A stretch of 64,000 bases of DNA, taken from the NCBI RefSeq assembly GCF_045037415.1, contig NZ_CP173438.1; one strand, written 5' to 3'. The position numbers and the translations under genes were made by a program. The notes below the pieces were generated by a model. It did no database searches, was not told where the DNA came from, and saw only the letters and a program-made list of their open reading frames with translations. This DNA comes from Escherichia coli. GTDB lineage: Bacteria > Pseudomonadota > Gammaproteobacteria > Enterobacterales > Enterobacteriaceae. Shown piece after piece: positions 1 to 11,160 of this stretch (positions are counted from its first letter, which is position 1; every line of letters begins with the position of its first letter).

Positions 1-111
1 CATCATAAGGACTTGCTGTAGCTGATAGCCTTCCGGTACGGTTTGTGCCTGAGCATTTGAAGCGAGTAAAACTATCCCTGCCACAGTTGCGGCGATTAGC
101 GTTTTGTTCAT
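1..111 (-). CDS. agp: Glucose-1-phosphatase Agp, N-terminal 37 codons (partial, runs off window start)
   Basis: Reverse-strand translation from ATG at 111 gives [37 protein letters not shown], the recognisable Agp signal peptide and N-terminus. Confidence 0.8.
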   Translation of the reverse strand, partial: MNKTLIAATVAGIVLLASNAQAQTVPEGYQLQQVLMM

Positions 112-645
112 TCCTCACACCTCTTTTGTTATCAATAATTAAAGAGTGTGACAGAAATATGTCATTTTTCCGGGAACAGGTTCGCAAAATGGCTCGTTGA
201 ACGCCTGTTTTTCTATATTCCCCTTTAAAAACAGGCAAGTTTTGACGCAAACTATGCCTGATTAGCCCCGGCCTCGTTTACGCCGCTAATGATTACATCA
301 GTAGCTATAAAGAAAATCAGCGGCGTTACCATTACCAATAAAAAAAGAATGTGAGACTAATAGCAATGGTTTTTAGCACATGTCTTTATCATTAAATTGC
401 ATAACGATTTAAATAGTCGAGTTGTGCATTCCTTTCCTTATTGTTTAACTTGTAAGCATGAGCCAAAAGTTCAGGAGTGAGGTAAATAAAATATGTTCCT
501 CCCACCTTGAGGCAACCTCCCCTCCGCGATGATTTCAATAACATATTCTGTGTTGGCATATGAAATTTTGAGGATTACCCTACACTTATAGGAGTTACCT
601 TACAGGGGTTCCTTCAATTTGTGTTGATTTACGCGAGATAACGCT

Positions 646-1566
646 ATGGAATTAAAGGATTATTACGCCATCATGGGCGTGAAACCGACGGACGATCTCA
701 AGACAATCAAGACCGCCTATCGTCGACTGGCCCGCAAATACCATCCTGATGTCAGCAAAGAACCGGATGCCGAAGCCCGCTTCAAAGAGGTCGCCGAAGC
801 CTGGGAAGTGTTAAGTGATGAACAACGTCGCGCTGAGTATGATCAGATGTGGCAACATCGCAACGATCCGCAATTTAACCGTCAGTTCCATCATGGCGAC
901 GGTCAGAGTTTTAACGCCGAAGATTTTGACGATATCTTCTCGTCAATTTTCGGTCAGCATGCCCGCCAGAGCCGTCAACGCCCCGCCACACGCGGCCACG
1001 ATATTGAAATCGAAGTGGCGGTTTTCCTCGAAGAAACGCTTACTGAGCATAAGCGTACCATCAGCTATAACCTGCCGGTTTATAACGCCTTTGGCATGAT
1101 CGAACAGGAAATCCCGAAAACGCTGAATGTGAAGATCCCGGCGGGCGTCGGCAATGGTCAACGCATCCGCCTGAAAGGCCAGGGGACGCCGGGCGAAAAC
1201 GGCGGTCCAAATGGCGACCTGTGGCTGGTGATTCACATTGCGCCACATCCGCTGTTTGATATTGTCGGCCAGGATCTGGAAATAGTGGTGCCGGTTAGCC
1301 CGTGGGAAGCGGCGCTGGGTACTAAAGTCACCGTTCCAACACTGAAAGAAAGCATTTTGCTGACTATCCCGCCTGGCAGCCAGGCCGGGCAACGATTGCG
1401 CGTTAAAGGCAAAGGTCTGGTGAGCAAAAAACAGACCGGCGATCTGTATGCGGTACTGAAAATCGTGATGCCGCCGAAACCGGATGAAAACACTGCCGCG
1501 CTGTGGCAGCAACTGGCAGACGCCCAGTCGTCTTTTGATCCACGTAAAGATTGGGGGAAAGCATAA
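646..1566 (+). CDS. cbpA: Curved DNA-binding protein CbpA (DnaJ-like co-chaperone)
   Basis: 306-aa ORF; J-domain with HPD motif (KYHPDVSK) near N-terminus; matches recalled CbpA. Confidence 0.95.
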   Translation: MELKDYYAIMGVKPTDDLKTIKTAYRRLARKYHPDVSKEPDAEARFKEVAEAWEVLSDEQRRAEYDQMWQHRNDPQFNRQFHHGDGQSFNAEDFDDIFSSIFGQHARQSRQRPATRGHDIEIEVAVFLEETLTEHKRTISYNLPVYNAFGMIEQEIPKTLNVKIPAGVGNGQRIRLKGQGTPGENGGPNGDLWLVIHIAPHPLFDIVGQDLEIVVPVSPWEAALGTKVTVPTLKESILLTIPPGSQAGQRLRVKGKGLVSKKQTGDLYAVLKIVMPPKPDENTAALWQQLADAQSSFDPRKDWGKA

Positions 1567-1871
1567 TGGCTAATGTTACGGTGACTTTTACTATTACCGA
1601 ATTTTGCCTGCATACCGGCATCTCTGAAGAGGAGTTGAATGAAATTGTCGGTTTGGGGGTGGTTGAACCGAGTGAGATCCAGGAGACAACCTGGGTATTT
1701 GACGACCATGCCGCCATTGTGGTGCAACGCGCGGTACGCCTGCGTCATGAACTGGCTCTGGACTGGCCGGGGATCGCGGTGGCGCTGACGTTAATGGATG
1801 ATATTGCGCACCTGAAGCAGGAAAACCGCCTGCTGCGCCAGCGGCTTTCCCGGTTTGTGGCTCACCCGTGA
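1566..1871 (+). CDS. cbpM: Chaperone modulator CbpM
   Basis: ATG overlaps cbpA stop (TAATG); translation [33 protein letters not shown] matches CbpM; ORF track start moved to the internal Met. Confidence 0.9.
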   Translation: MANVTVTFTITEFCLHTGISEEELNEIVGLGVVEPSEIQETTWVFDDHAAIVVQRAVRLRHELALDWPGIAVALTLMDDIAHLKQENRLLRQRLSRFVAHP

Positions 1872-1878
1872 GTTTGTT

Positions 1879-2120
1879 GCCTGATGCGACGCTTAACGCG
1901 TCTTATCAGGCCTACAAAGAGCACTGTTCCCGTAGGCCGGATAAGGCGTTCATGCCGCATCCGGCAACTGCGCCATAATGCCTGATGCGACGCTTAACGC
2001 ATCTTATCAGGCCCACAAAAAGCACTGTTCCCGTAGGCCGGATAAGGCGTTCTCGCCGCATCCGGCAACTGCGCACTAATGCCTGATGCGACGCCTGCCG
2101 CGTCTTATCAGGCCTACAAA
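1879..2120. repeat. BIME: about 2.4 tandem ~101-bp units of alternating REP palindromes (gcctgatgcgacgc...gcgtcttatcaggc and ggccggataaggcg...cgcatccggc)
   Basis: Direct repeat with period 101 bp (unit starts 1879, 1980, 2081); each unit holds two REP-type palindromes; sits between convergent cbpM and torD. Confidence 0.9.
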
Positions 2121-2125
2121 CGGCA

Positions 2126-2725
2126 TTATCTTTTTTGGTAGTCACACTCCACTAACACCAGCAATAACTGGCTTAGTGCCGCGTAAAAACCAAAGCTGTC
2201 ATACTGTCGACAACGCGCAGCAAACTCTGGTAACCATTCCCGCAGAGCCGTCAGTGTTTTTTGCCGCAAACCGTCGATTCTTCGCGCAGGAACGGTCCCC
2301 TCTCCCAGCGAAAAATGCAGATGACTCAACAAATCGAGATAGATCGCCAGATGATCTGCCGGTTCGTTGAAATTGCCGCTGGTTTCCATCCCCGCCTCAA
2401 CTAACAAGCGTTTAATCTCTTGCTCGTCCTGTTTGTAGGCCGATGCATACGGCAGCGCCGCTTGTTTGTCGGTCATCAGAAACAGGCCGCAAAAGTCAGC
2501 GGCCAGTTCCAGACGGGCATCGTCACGTACTGTCAGAGTGGCAATACTGTTTTCCAGCCCATTCACCGCCGCAGTGAGCGGCGGTTCGCTTTTCAGCAAC
2601 GAAAACCATTCAGCCATCTGCGCACTGGCGATTTGCGTCAGTTGTTCATCGTCCAGTTCACGGGAGAACAACTGCGCCAGCCAGGCGTAAACACAGGCAA
2701 TCTGTTGTGCTGTCAGCGTGGTCAT
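2126..2725 (-). CDS. torD: TorA-specific chaperone TorD
   Basis: ORF translation from [20 protein letters not shown] matches TorD (199 aa); start overlaps torA stop (ATGA). Confidence 0.9.
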   Translation of the reverse strand: MTTLTAQQIACVYAWLAQLFSRELDDEQLTQIASAQMAEWFSLLKSEPPLTAAVNGLENSIATLTVRDDARLELAADFCGLFLMTDKQAALPYASAYKQDEQEIKRLLVEAGMETSGNFNEPADHLAIYLDLLSHLHFSLGEGTVPARRIDGLRQKTLTALREWLPEFAARCRQYDSFGFYAALSQLLLVLVECDYQKR

Positions 2726-5268
2726 GATTTCACCTGCGACGCGGGAACATACTCGCACTGCGCCACCATCTCCACGGGGCCGTTAAACGCCGTCACCTGC
2801 TCCACTGTTCCGTTGTACTTCTCAATTTCCACCAGCGTAGTGTGCGCACTGGTCGCCTGCGCCAGCTGCGAAGTACCGATGTCGATGGTCAAGACGTTGG
2901 GGTTACCGTATTTGCACAGCGCCCCTGGCTCGCCGCCTTTGTCCGGATCGTACCATGCCCCTTCGTGAATTCGCGCCACGCCGGGTGCATAACGGTCAGA
3001 AACCACTGCTCCAGCCAACACCTGACCACGAACGTTAAAGACGCGTACCACATCACCGTGACGAATACCGCGCGCGCTGGCATCCTGCGGGCTAATAAAT
3101 ACTGGCTCTTTACCCGCTACGGTATATTGCTGACGCAGAGTTTCCGACTCACATAACTGCGAGTGAAGTCGGAAATCCGGATGCACAGATTGCAGATGCA
3201 ACGGATACTTCTGCGAGCCAGGCCCACCGTGGGAGCGTTCGATTTTCTCAAACCACATCGGATGCCCCTGACAATCGTCGTAGTTCATATCAGCGATGGT
3301 TTTCGAGTAGATCTCAATCAGGCCACTCGGCGTGCCCAGCGGTTCGAGATCCGGATCTTCGCGGAATGCCTGGTGGCGAACAAACATCTGCGGATGGTCA
3401 AACTCGACATACTCTTTGTTATTCCAGAAGTCATCAAACGCTGGCAGATGAACGCCGCGTCCTTTGCCCTGTTGTACACCTTCCTGCCAGATGCGTTTCA
3501 GCCAGCCCATTTCGTCCAGCCCTTCGGTAAAGGCTTCTTCGCGATTAAAGCGACGGCACAGCTCGCGGAAAATATCGAAGTCGTTGCGCGCCTCGAACTG
3601 CGGCGGCACGACCTGTTTCATGGCGATGATGCCACGATTGGAGTGGTTGCCGTACTGGTCGAGATCGTTACGCTCAAACTGCGTGGTCGCAGGCAGCACG
3701 ATATCGGCAAAGCGGCAGGTTGAGGTCCACTGGTTATCTATGGCGATAACCGTTTCCAGCTTGCGCCAGCCTTCAATAATGCGGTTGATCTGCTGATGGC
3801 GATGGAACGGGTTAGTTCCGGCAAAAATACACATTTTCAGCGGCGGCAGTTTTACCGATTTACCGTTCCAGTTGATCACTTTCCCCGGTTCGAGGATCGC
3901 ATCGATAAAACGGGCAATCGGAATGGTGCTGCTGTAGCCTTTGTAGTCACTGTTGTCGTGAACAGGCGGAATCGACGTAGAGCCGGAGAAACCACTCAAA
4001 ATAACGCCTTTACGCCCCGGCGTGCCTGCGCCGTTATAGTGCCAGCCAAAACCAAAACCACCACCTGGCAGGCCAATTTGCCCCAGCATCGCCGCCAGAA
4101 CGACAATCATCCACGCCCACTGTTCACCGTGCTGCATACGCTGTACGCACCAGCCAGCAATAATCTGCGTTCTGTTCGCCGCCATCTGCCGTGCCAGCCC
4201 ACGAATGGTTTCGGCATCAATGCCGGTCAGTTTTTCAGCCCATGCGGCATCTTTCGGCTGACCGTCTTTCTCACCCAGCAGATACGGCAGGAACTGCTCA
4301 AAACCTACACAGTAGTTAGCGAGGAAGTTTTTGTCGTACAGGTTTTCACTGTACAGCGTATGCGCCAGCGCCAGTTGCAGCGGCACGTCAGTTTGCGGGT
4401 TAACCGCAATGTGCTTCACATGCTCGCGCCCCAGATACTCATGGGTGGATGTGACAACCGGATCGATGCTGATGACCTCAATTTCACCGGCGGCGACTTT
4501 CGCTTTTAGCTGCTCGTAATATTCATAAACATCGTGATCCGGGCACCACCAGTTCGCTTGCTGGTTTTTCAGCAAATCGGAGCCCCACAGCACAATGGTT
4601 TTGCTGTTCTGCAATACCAGCGGCCAGGAGGTTTGCTGTTCATACACTTCCATTGAGCCAACCACGCGCGGCAGGATCACCTGCGCAGCACCGGTAGAGT
4701 AATCTCCGCCCGTACTAACGCTATTACCATGCAAGGCAATAGCTTTCGCCAGCATCCCCGAAGCGTTATGGAACATCCCCGTCGATTGCCAACCACTGGC
4801 GGTCAGCAAGGCACTCGGCCCGTGAGTTTTCTGTACGCGTTCCAGTTCTTCATAGAACATGTCGAGGGCTTCATCCCAGCTCACGCGCACAAAACGGTTA
4901 TCACCGCGCTGGGAGGTGTCGCTCAGATGGCGCTTACGCAGCCAGTCCACGCGTACCATCGGGTAACGAATACGCGCCGCGTTGTGTACATGATCCGGCA
5001 ATCCGGCGATCATTTTCGACGGATATTTATCCAGTTCGAACGGTTTTGCTGCCACAAAGCGACCATCCTTCACCGTCGCGCGGATAGCCCCCCAGTGCGA
5101 CCCGGTAAGAATGCCCTCTTTCGAGATGACAGCCTCAGTCGCCGCTTGCGCCGCAGTCGCACGGCGCGGCGTTAACAATGACGGCCCTAGCATCCCGGCG
5201 ACGGTTAAGCCGCCGAGTTGTGCCAGAAAACGCCGACGTGATGCCTGAAAGAGATCGTTATTGTTCAT
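2722..5268 (-). CDS. torA: Trimethylamine-N-oxide reductase TorA (molybdoenzyme, Tat-exported)
   Basis: 848-aa ORF; twin-arginine signal ([11 protein letters not shown]); matches recalled TorA. Confidence 0.95.
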   Translation of the reverse strand: MNNNDLFQASRRRFLAQLGGLTVAGMLGPSLLTPRRATAAQAATEAVISKEGILTGSHWGAIRATVKDGRFVAAKPFELDKYPSKMIAGLPDHVHNAARIRYPMVRVDWLRKRHLSDTSQRGDNRFVRVSWDEALDMFYEELERVQKTHGPSALLTASGWQSTGMFHNASGMLAKAIALHGNSVSTGGDYSTGAAQVILPRVVGSMEVYEQQTSWPLVLQNSKTIVLWGSDLLKNQQANWWCPDHDVYEYYEQLKAKVAAGEIEVISIDPVVTSTHEYLGREHVKHIAVNPQTDVPLQLALAHTLYSENLYDKNFLANYCVGFEQFLPYLLGEKDGQPKDAAWAEKLTGIDAETIRGLARQMAANRTQIIAGWCVQRMQHGEQWAWMIVVLAAMLGQIGLPGGGFGFGWHYNGAGTPGRKGVILSGFSGSTSIPPVHDNSDYKGYSSTIPIARFIDAILEPGKVINWNGKSVKLPPLKMCIFAGTNPFHRHQQINRIIEGWRKLETVIAIDNQWTSTCRFADIVLPATTQFERNDLDQYGNHSNRGIIAMKQVVPPQFEARNDFDIFRELCRRFNREEAFTEGLDEMGWLKRIWQEGVQQGKGRGVHLPAFDDFWNNKEYVEFDHPQMFVRHQAFREDPDLEPLGTPSGLIEIYSKTIADMNYDDCQGHPMWFEKIERSHGGPGSQKYPLHLQSVHPDFRLHSQLCESETLRQQYTVAGKEPVFISPQDASARGIRHGDVVRVFNVRGQVLAGAVVSDRYAPGVARIHEGAWYDPDKGGEPGALCKYGNPNVLTIDIGTSQLAQATSAHTTLVEIEKYNGTVEQVTAFNGPVEMVAQCEYVPASQVKS

Positions 5269-6440
5269 TATTTTTCTTCCTTCTTATCGCCGTGAGCTTT
5301 ACCTGCGGTGTCAGACGCATTCATTTGCAGATATTTCAACAAAGTGCGTTCTTCACGTTTATCGAGGCTGGTAAAGCCAATCATGCCGTTGAGCGTGCCG
5401 ATCCAACCGTTAGCGTCAAAGTGGGATATTTCCGGTGCGCCGTGGCACTGGTTACAGGTGCCGTTGTACAGCGAATCCGCATAAGCCCAGATCGGTTTGA
5501 TATCGTTCACCATGTCGCCTTTCTTCATCCACGCAGTGGCCTGCAACTTGCTCCACTCGGTATTGGTGTCGGCAACGGTGGTTTTCTCCAGTGTTTTCAC
5601 CTGCTGCTGCACATCACCACGAATCGAGGCAACAAAGATGCGTTTACCTGGGAATTGGGTGAGTACACGCTGACGTCCTGCACTTTCCGTCCAGCCAGTG
5701 ATTTCAATTTGCAGCCAGTCGCCGTCACGTTTAAGGACTTTCACTTCCGAAGCAGGCAGCAGAGAACCAGACGCTTCTTTATCGCCTTTCGCCGCATAAA
5801 TCGGCTTAATATCAATGGAGTACAGCGTGTCACCACTATCATTAGCACTGGCGCGCAGCTCATCGAACTGCTTACGGAAGCCACTACTCATATCCGGTAA
5901 CTGGTGGGCAATACCTTTATGACAGTCGATGCAGGATTGATTATCTTTCGCTGCCACCTTCATCTGACGCGCCGCTTCAGGATGCTGCTTCGCATGATCC
6001 ATCGCATCGTAGTTATGGCAGGAGCGGCAGGTTGCCGAGTTGTTTTCTTTCATTCGCGCCCATTCACGCTCGGCAAGTTCCGCGCGTTTGGCTTCAAATT
6101 TCTCAGGTGTATCAATGGAGTGGGCAATAAAGGTCTGGTAAATGTCGTTGCTCGCTTCCAGTTTGCGCTTCACCATGCCTGGAATATCCGGCGGGATATG
6201 ACAGTCATGGCATTCAGCTCGCACGCCGGAGGCGTTCTGGAAATGCACCGACTGTTTATATTCTTCATACACCGGTTGCATACTGTGGCAACTGACACAA
6301 AATTCGGTTGTGCTGGTGACTTTGATCCCAACGTGTGGCAATACAATCAGCGCAATGCCAATCACAATCCCAGTAGCGACCAGCGCCAGTACCGACCAAC
6401 GAGCACTGGGTCGGCGTAGCGCGTTCCAGAGTTTCCGCAT
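5268..6440 (-). CDS. torC: Pentaheme c-type cytochrome TorC
   Basis: 390 aa from MRKLWNALRRPSARWSVLALV; five CXXCH haem motifs (CVSCH, CHDCH, CRSCH, CIDCH, CNQCH). Confidence 0.92.
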   Translation of the reverse strand: MRKLWNALRRPSARWSVLALVATGIVIGIALIVLPHVGIKVTSTTEFCVSCHSMQPVYEEYKQSVHFQNASGVRAECHDCHIPPDIPGMVKRKLEASNDIYQTFIAHSIDTPEKFEAKRAELAEREWARMKENNSATCRSCHNYDAMDHAKQHPEAARQMKVAAKDNQSCIDCHKGIAHQLPDMSSGFRKQFDELRASANDSGDTLYSIDIKPIYAAKGDKEASGSLLPASEVKVLKRDGDWLQIEITGWTESAGRQRVLTQFPGKRIFVASIRGDVQQQVKTLEKTTVADTNTEWSKLQATAWMKKGDMVNDIKPIWAYADSLYNGTCNQCHGAPEISHFDANGWIGTLNGMIGFTSLDKREERTLLKYLQMNASDTAGKAHGDKKEEK

Positions 6441-6488
6441 AATAGCCCCTGTAAAATTATGGTTTAGTGAAGCGATCTTAATGAGCAA

Positions 6489-6551
6489 ATATGAACAGCG
6501 GCACTGGTCAGGATGAACGGCTTACGGCAGAATATGAACAGATATGAACAG
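6489..6551 (-). promoter_or_regulatory. torCAD operator: tor boxes (TorR binding decamers CTGTTCATAT)
   Basis: Plus-strand atatgaacag (reverse complement of CTGTTCATAT) at 6489-6498, 6532-6541 and 6542-6551, plus degenerate gatgaacgg at 6512-6520; matches the published torC promoter architecture. Confidence 0.8.
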
Positions 6552-6569
6552 AATGAGTAAAACCCTCTG

Positions 6570-7262
6570 ATGCCACATCACATTGTTATTGTTGAAGATG
6601 AGCCGGTTACCCAGGCGCGATTACAATCTTACTTCACTCAGGAGGGGTATACCGTTTCCGTTACGGCGAGCGGTGCCGGGCTGCGGGAAATTATGCAGAA
6701 TCAGCCGGTGGATTTGATTCTGCTGGATATCAATTTGCCCGATGAAAATGGCCTGATGTTAACCCGCGCCCTGCGAGAACGCTCAACGGTAGGGATTATT
6801 CTGGTTACCGGACGCAGCGATCGGATTGACCGTATTGTTGGGCTGGAAATGGGCGCAGACGATTACGTCACCAAACCGCTGGAGCTGCGCGAACTGGTGG
6901 TACGAGTGAAAAATTTGCTCTGGCGAATCGACCTCGCGCGACAGGCGCAACCGCACACTCAGGACAACTGCTATCGCTTTGCCGGTTATTGCCTGAATGT
7001 GTCGCGCCATACGCTGGAGCGGGATGGCGAGCCGATTAAACTGACCCGCGCAGAGTATGAAATGCTGGTGGCATTTGTGACTAATCCGGGCGAAATTCTC
7101 AGCCGTGAACGTCTGCTGCGTATGCTCTCTGCGCGTCGGGTGGAAAACCCTGACCTGCGCACCGTCGATGTGTTAATTCGTCGTTTACGCCATAAACTCA
7201 GTGCGGATTTACTGGTGACACAACATGGCGAAGGTTATTTCTTAGCCGCTGATGTGTGCTGA
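6570..7262 (+). CDS. torR: Response regulator TorR (OmpR family)
   Basis: 230-aa ORF; receiver domain (VIVEDEP...LLDINLPDENG) plus winged-helix C-terminus; 3' end overlaps torT by 28 bp as in E. coli. Confidence 0.95.
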   Translation: MPHHIVIVEDEPVTQARLQSYFTQEGYTVSVTASGAGLREIMQNQPVDLILLDINLPDENGLMLTRALRERSTVGIILVTGRSDRIDRIVGLEMGADDYVTKPLELRELVVRVKNLLWRIDLARQAQPHTQDNCYRFAGYCLNVSRHTLERDGEPIKLTRAEYEMLVAFVTNPGEILSRERLLRMLSARRVENPDLRTVDVLIRRLRHKLSADLLVTQHGEGYFLAADVC

Positions 7263-8263
7263 TAAAAATAAACCGGACGAAATCCCCCTGGTGACAGCGA
7301 GCGGCGGATATGTTCGCGGTCGGCATTTTTCGGCGTCATGACTAAAATCGGTGGGCTGACATTATCAGACACCGATTGCCCCTGTAATTGCCTGATGGCC
7401 TGCTCAACCGCCAGTTCCCCTTGCCAGACCATTTGATCGCTGGCAGCCATAATCACTCTTCCCCGCTTCAACCCGCGATACACCTGATGTGAAAGATAAA
7501 ACGACACCACGGTAAGCGGCGTTTTCAGGTTACGCCCTTCCCCCATTGCCGCCTCTGCCGCAATGGCCGTTCCGGCAACGACGTCGATTTCTGGATGGCG
7601 TTCCAGCATCTCCTGCAACAGGTTACGCTGGATTTCAATATCGTTATCACCGAGCGCAATATCAACAATACGCACCGGGCTTCCGGCAATGGCTGCGCGA
7701 AAACCCTCTACCATCTCCTTACTGCCCCCGGCGTTATCGGGGCCGGGCATCAACAGCACGTTCAGTGGTTTACCGTGCGCCCATTGCACCAGATATCGCC
7801 CTGGTTGATAGCCCATCTGAAACCAGGGCACACCAACGCGGCTTTTCACGTGGGGAGCATCAATAGCATTTACCAGTTCGATCACCGGCAGATTTGCTAC
7901 CTGCTTTTGCAGATCGGGAAATGACGTCGTGCTACTACCGAGCAAAATGGCCTCTGCGCCCCACTGTTTACACTGGTCGATTTGTGCTTGCTGGGTAGCC
8001 AACTGGCTGTAGCCGCCTGCCTCCAGCACTTTTAAATCCACACCGTAGCGGCGAGCAGCCTCCTGCATACCATAGTTCAACGATAACCAGTATGAATCTT
8101 TCAGGCTGGGATAAAGCGCGCACAGTTTCCATGCGCGTTTGGCTTTAAGCGGCGTAGAGGCTTGCACCGTGAAATGCTGCGCATCATGCCAGCGCAACAG
8201 GTTATCAGCCGAAAATGCCGATAACATGAAAAGGGAAAGAAGTAAAAATAGCAGTACGCGCAT
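7235..8263 (-). CDS. torT: Periplasmic TMAO-binding protein TorT
   Basis: 342-aa ORF with signal peptide ([18 protein letters not shown]); matches recalled TorT. Confidence 0.92.
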   Translation of the reverse strand: MRVLLFLLLSLFMLSAFSADNLLRWHDAQHFTVQASTPLKAKRAWKLCALYPSLKDSYWLSLNYGMQEAARRYGVDLKVLEAGGYSQLATQQAQIDQCKQWGAEAILLGSSTTSFPDLQKQVANLPVIELVNAIDAPHVKSRVGVPWFQMGYQPGRYLVQWAHGKPLNVLLMPGPDNAGGSKEMVEGFRAAIAGSPVRIVDIALGDNDIEIQRNLLQEMLERHPEIDVVAGTAIAAEAAMGEGRNLKTPLTVVSFYLSHQVYRGLKRGRVIMAASDQMVWQGELAVEQAIRQLQGQSVSDNVSPPILVMTPKNADREHIRRSLSPGGFRPVYFYQHTSAAKK

Positions 8264-8345
8264 GATAGCCTCATCAATAATAAGGCTTTATGCTAGATGC
8301 ATTCCGCTTTGCGACTCAACCTTTTTCACCTTAAGTGCACCGACC

Positions 8346-11078
8346 GTGAATTTAACCCTGACCCGAAGACTCTGGATGGGCTTTGCCCTGATGGCGCTGT
8401 TAACCCTGACCAGTACCCTGGTGGGATGGTACAACCTGCGCTTTATCAGCCAGGTGGAAAAAGACAACACTCAGGCATTGATTCCTACCATGAATATGGC
8501 GCGCCAGTTGAGCGAAGCCAGCGCCTGGGAACTTTTCGCCGCGCAGAACCTGACCAGTGCCGATAACGAAAAGATGTGGCAGGCGCAGGGGCGAATGCTC
8601 ACCGCACAAAGTCTGAAGATTAATGCGTTGCTGCAAGCGTTACGGGAACAAGGTTTTGACACCACCGCTATTGAACAACAGGAGCAGGAGATCTCCCGTT
8701 CGTTACGTCAGCAAGGGGAACTGGTGGGGCAGCGTTTGCAACTTCGCCAGCAACAACAGCAACTCAGTCAGCAGATAGTCGCCGCCGCCGATGAAATCGC
8801 ACGCCTGGCGCAAGGTCAGGCGAATAATGCGGCAACCTCCGCCGGAGCGACCCAGGCCGGGATTTACGATTTGATCGAACAACATCAGCGTCAAGCCGCA
8901 GAAAGTGCACTCGATCGGCTGATTGATATCGATCTTGAGTATGTTAACCAGATGAATGAACTGCGCCTTAGCGCCCTGCGGGTGCAGCAAATGGTGATGA
9001 ATCTGGGGCTGGAACAGATCCAGAAAAATGCGCCAACGCTGGAAAAGCAGCTCAATAATGCGGTGAAAATTCTGCAACGTCGGCAAATACGCATTGAAGA
9101 TCCGGGTGTTCGTACTCAGGTAGCAACAACGTTAACTACCGTTAGCCAATATAGCGATTTGCTGGCGCTGTATCAGCAGGACAGTGAAATCAGCAATCAC
9201 CTGCAAACTCTCGCCCAAAATAACATCGCCCAATTCGCGCAGTTTAGTAGCGAAGTCAGTCAGCTGGTCGACACCATTGAGCTGCGTAATCAGCACGGGC
9301 TGGCTCATCTGGAAAAAGCCAGTGCACGCGGGCAATACAGCCTGTTATTGCTGGGATTAGTTTCTCTTTGCGCACTGATTCTGATCCTCTGGCGCGTGGT
9401 TTATCGCTCAGTCACGCGCCCTCTTGCAGAACAAACGCAGGCGCTGCAACGCTTGCTGGATGGTGATATCGACTCCCCTTTCCCGGAAACCGCTGGCGTA
9501 CGGGAACTGGATACCATCGGGCGGCTGATGGATGCGTTTCGCAGCAGTGTTCATGCACTGAATCGCCACCGCGAACAGCTGGCGGCGCAGGTCAAAGCGC
9601 GTACAGCTGAATTGCAGGAACTGGTGATAGAACACCGACAGGCACGGGCGGAAGCAGAAAAAGCCAGCCAGGCAAAATCGGCGTTTCTGGCGGCGATGAG
9701 CCATGAGATCCGCACACCGCTGTACGGTATTCTCGGCACCGCACAGCTGCTGGCAGATAACCCCGCACTTAACGCCCAGCGCGATGATTTGCGGGCGATT
9801 ACCGACTCTGGTGAATCGTTGCTGACCATCCTCAACGATATTCTCGATTATTCGGCTATCGAAGCAGGCGGCAAGAATGTTTCGGTCAGCGATGAACCCT
9901 TTGAACCGCGCCCGCTGCTGGAAAGTACCCTGCAATTAATGAGCGGAAGGGTGAAAGGTCGCCCGATTCGCCTGGCAACAGAAATTGCCGACGATGTACC
10001 GACTGCGTTAATGGGCGATCCGCGGCGTATTCGTCAGGTCATTACCAACCTGTTGAGCAACGCCCTGCGTTTCACCGACGAAGGGCACATTATTCTGCGT
10101 AGTCGCATTGATGGCGAACAATGGCTGGTCGAAGTGGAAGACAGCGGCTGCGGTATTGATCCCGCGAAACTGGCTGAAATCTTCCAGCCATTTGTTCAGG
10201 TTAGCGGCAAACGCGGCGGCACCGGGCTGGGGCTGACTATCAGTAGCCGTCTGGCCCAGGCGATGGGCGGCGAATTGAGCGCCACCAGCACGCCGGAGGT
10301 TGGAAGCTGTTTTTGTTTACGCGTGCCGTTACGTGTTGCCACTGCACCCGTGCCAAAAACAGTCAATCAGGCGGTGCGTCTGGACGGTTTACGTTTGCTG
10401 TTAATTGAAGATAACCCGCTAACCCAGCGGATTACCGTTGAGATGTTGAACAGCAGTGGGGCGCAGGTCGTTGCCGTAGGAAATGCCGCGCAGGCTTTAG
10501 AGACACTGCAAAATAGTGAACCGTTTGCTGCCGCACTGGTGGATTTTGATCTACCGGATATCGACGGCATTACGCTTGCCCGACAACTGGCACAGCAATA
10601 TCCGTCGCTGGTTTTGATTGGCTTTAGCGCCCATGTCATTGACGAAACACTGCGACAGCGTACCAGTTCGCTATTTCGCGGGATTATCCCTAAACCGGTG
10701 CCGCGTGAAGTGCTCGGTCAATTACTGGCGCACTATCTCCAACTGCAAGTCAATAACGATCAACCACTGGATGTATCGCAACTCAATGAAGATGCTCATT
10801 TAATGGGGGCGGAGAAGATCCACGAATGGCTGATATTATTTAAACAACATGCCCTGCCGCTTCTCGATGAAATCGACATTGCCCGCGCCAGTCAGGATAA
10901 CGAGAAAATAAAGCGTGCCGCACATCAGCTAAAAAGCAGTTGCTCGAGTCTGGGAATGCGTAGCGCCAGCCAGCAATGCGCACAACTGGAGCAGCAGCCA
11001 TTATCTGCCCCCCTTCCACACGAAGAAATTACACGCAGTGTTGCCGCTCTGGAAGCATGGTTAATAAGAAAGACCTGA
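8346..11078 (+). CDS. torS: Hybrid sensor histidine kinase TorS (HisKA, HATPase, receiver, HPt)
   Basis: Long ORF; GTG at 8346 gives the N-terminus [19 protein letters not shown]-box (SHEIRTPL), receiver (LLLIEDNP...DFDLPDIDG) and C-terminal HPt ([11 protein letters not shown]). Exact start uncertain. Confidence 0.85.
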   Translation: MNLTLTRRLWMGFALMALLTLTSTLVGWYNLRFISQVEKDNTQALIPTMNMARQLSEASAWELFAAQNLTSADNEKMWQAQGRMLTAQSLKINALLQALREQGFDTTAIEQQEQEISRSLRQQGELVGQRLQLRQQQQQLSQQIVAAADEIARLAQGQANNAATSAGATQAGIYDLIEQHQRQAAESALDRLIDIDLEYVNQMNELRLSALRVQQMVMNLGLEQIQKNAPTLEKQLNNAVKILQRRQIRIEDPGVRTQVATTLTTVSQYSDLLALYQQDSEISNHLQTLAQNNIAQFAQFSSEVSQLVDTIELRNQHGLAHLEKASARGQYSLLLLGLVSLCALILILWRVVYRSVTRPLAEQTQALQRLLDGDIDSPFPETAGVRELDTIGRLMDAFRSSVHALNRHREQLAAQVKARTAELQELVIEHRQARAEAEKASQAKSAFLAAMSHEIRTPLYGILGTAQLLADNPALNAQRDDLRAITDSGESLLTILNDILDYSAIEAGGKNVSVSDEPFEPRPLLESTLQLMSGRVKGRPIRLATEIADDVPTALMGDPRRIRQVITNLLSNALRFTDEGHIILRSRIDGEQWLVEVEDSGCGIDPAKLAEIFQPFVQVSGKRGGTGLGLTISSRLAQAMGGELSATSTPEVGSCFCLRVPLRVATAPVPKTVNQAVRLDGLRLLLIEDNPLTQRITVEMLNSSGAQVVAVGNAAQALETLQNSEPFAAALVDFDLPDIDGITLARQLAQQYPSLVLIGFSAHVIDETLRQRTSSLFRGIIPKPVPREVLGQLLAHYLQLQVNNDQPLDVSQLNEDAHLMGAEKIHEWLILFKQHALPLLDEIDIARASQDNEKIKRAAHQLKSSCSSLGMRSASQQCAQLEQQPLSAPLPHEEITRSVAALEAWLIRKT

Positions 11079-11160
11079 ACGCGATTTGAATCAATATCAG
11101 CCAGTTAAGAACAACTAGAATAGTGGCATTTGGTATGCAACTTAACGGACTGGCAAAATC

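Noticed and set aside
112-645. Short ORFs in the agp-cbpA spacer (e.g. 13 codons starting at 167) as candidate small proteins
   Set aside because: No ribosome-binding site context or conservation evidence; the region is AT-rich promoter DNA for cbpA, so these are most likely chance ORFs.
1879-2120. Regularly spaced ~101-bp direct repeats that could look like a CRISPR array
   Set aside because: The units are long palindromic REP pairs, not short repeats with unique spacers; no cas genes nearby. This is a BIME.
8346-11078. Possible truncation or frameshift of torS (my start gives 910 aa, whereas I recall about 914 aa for K-12 TorS)
   Set aside because: All sensor-kinase domains through the C-terminal HPt are intact and I cannot verify the reference length or start without an alignment; most likely a start-codon or small in-frame difference.
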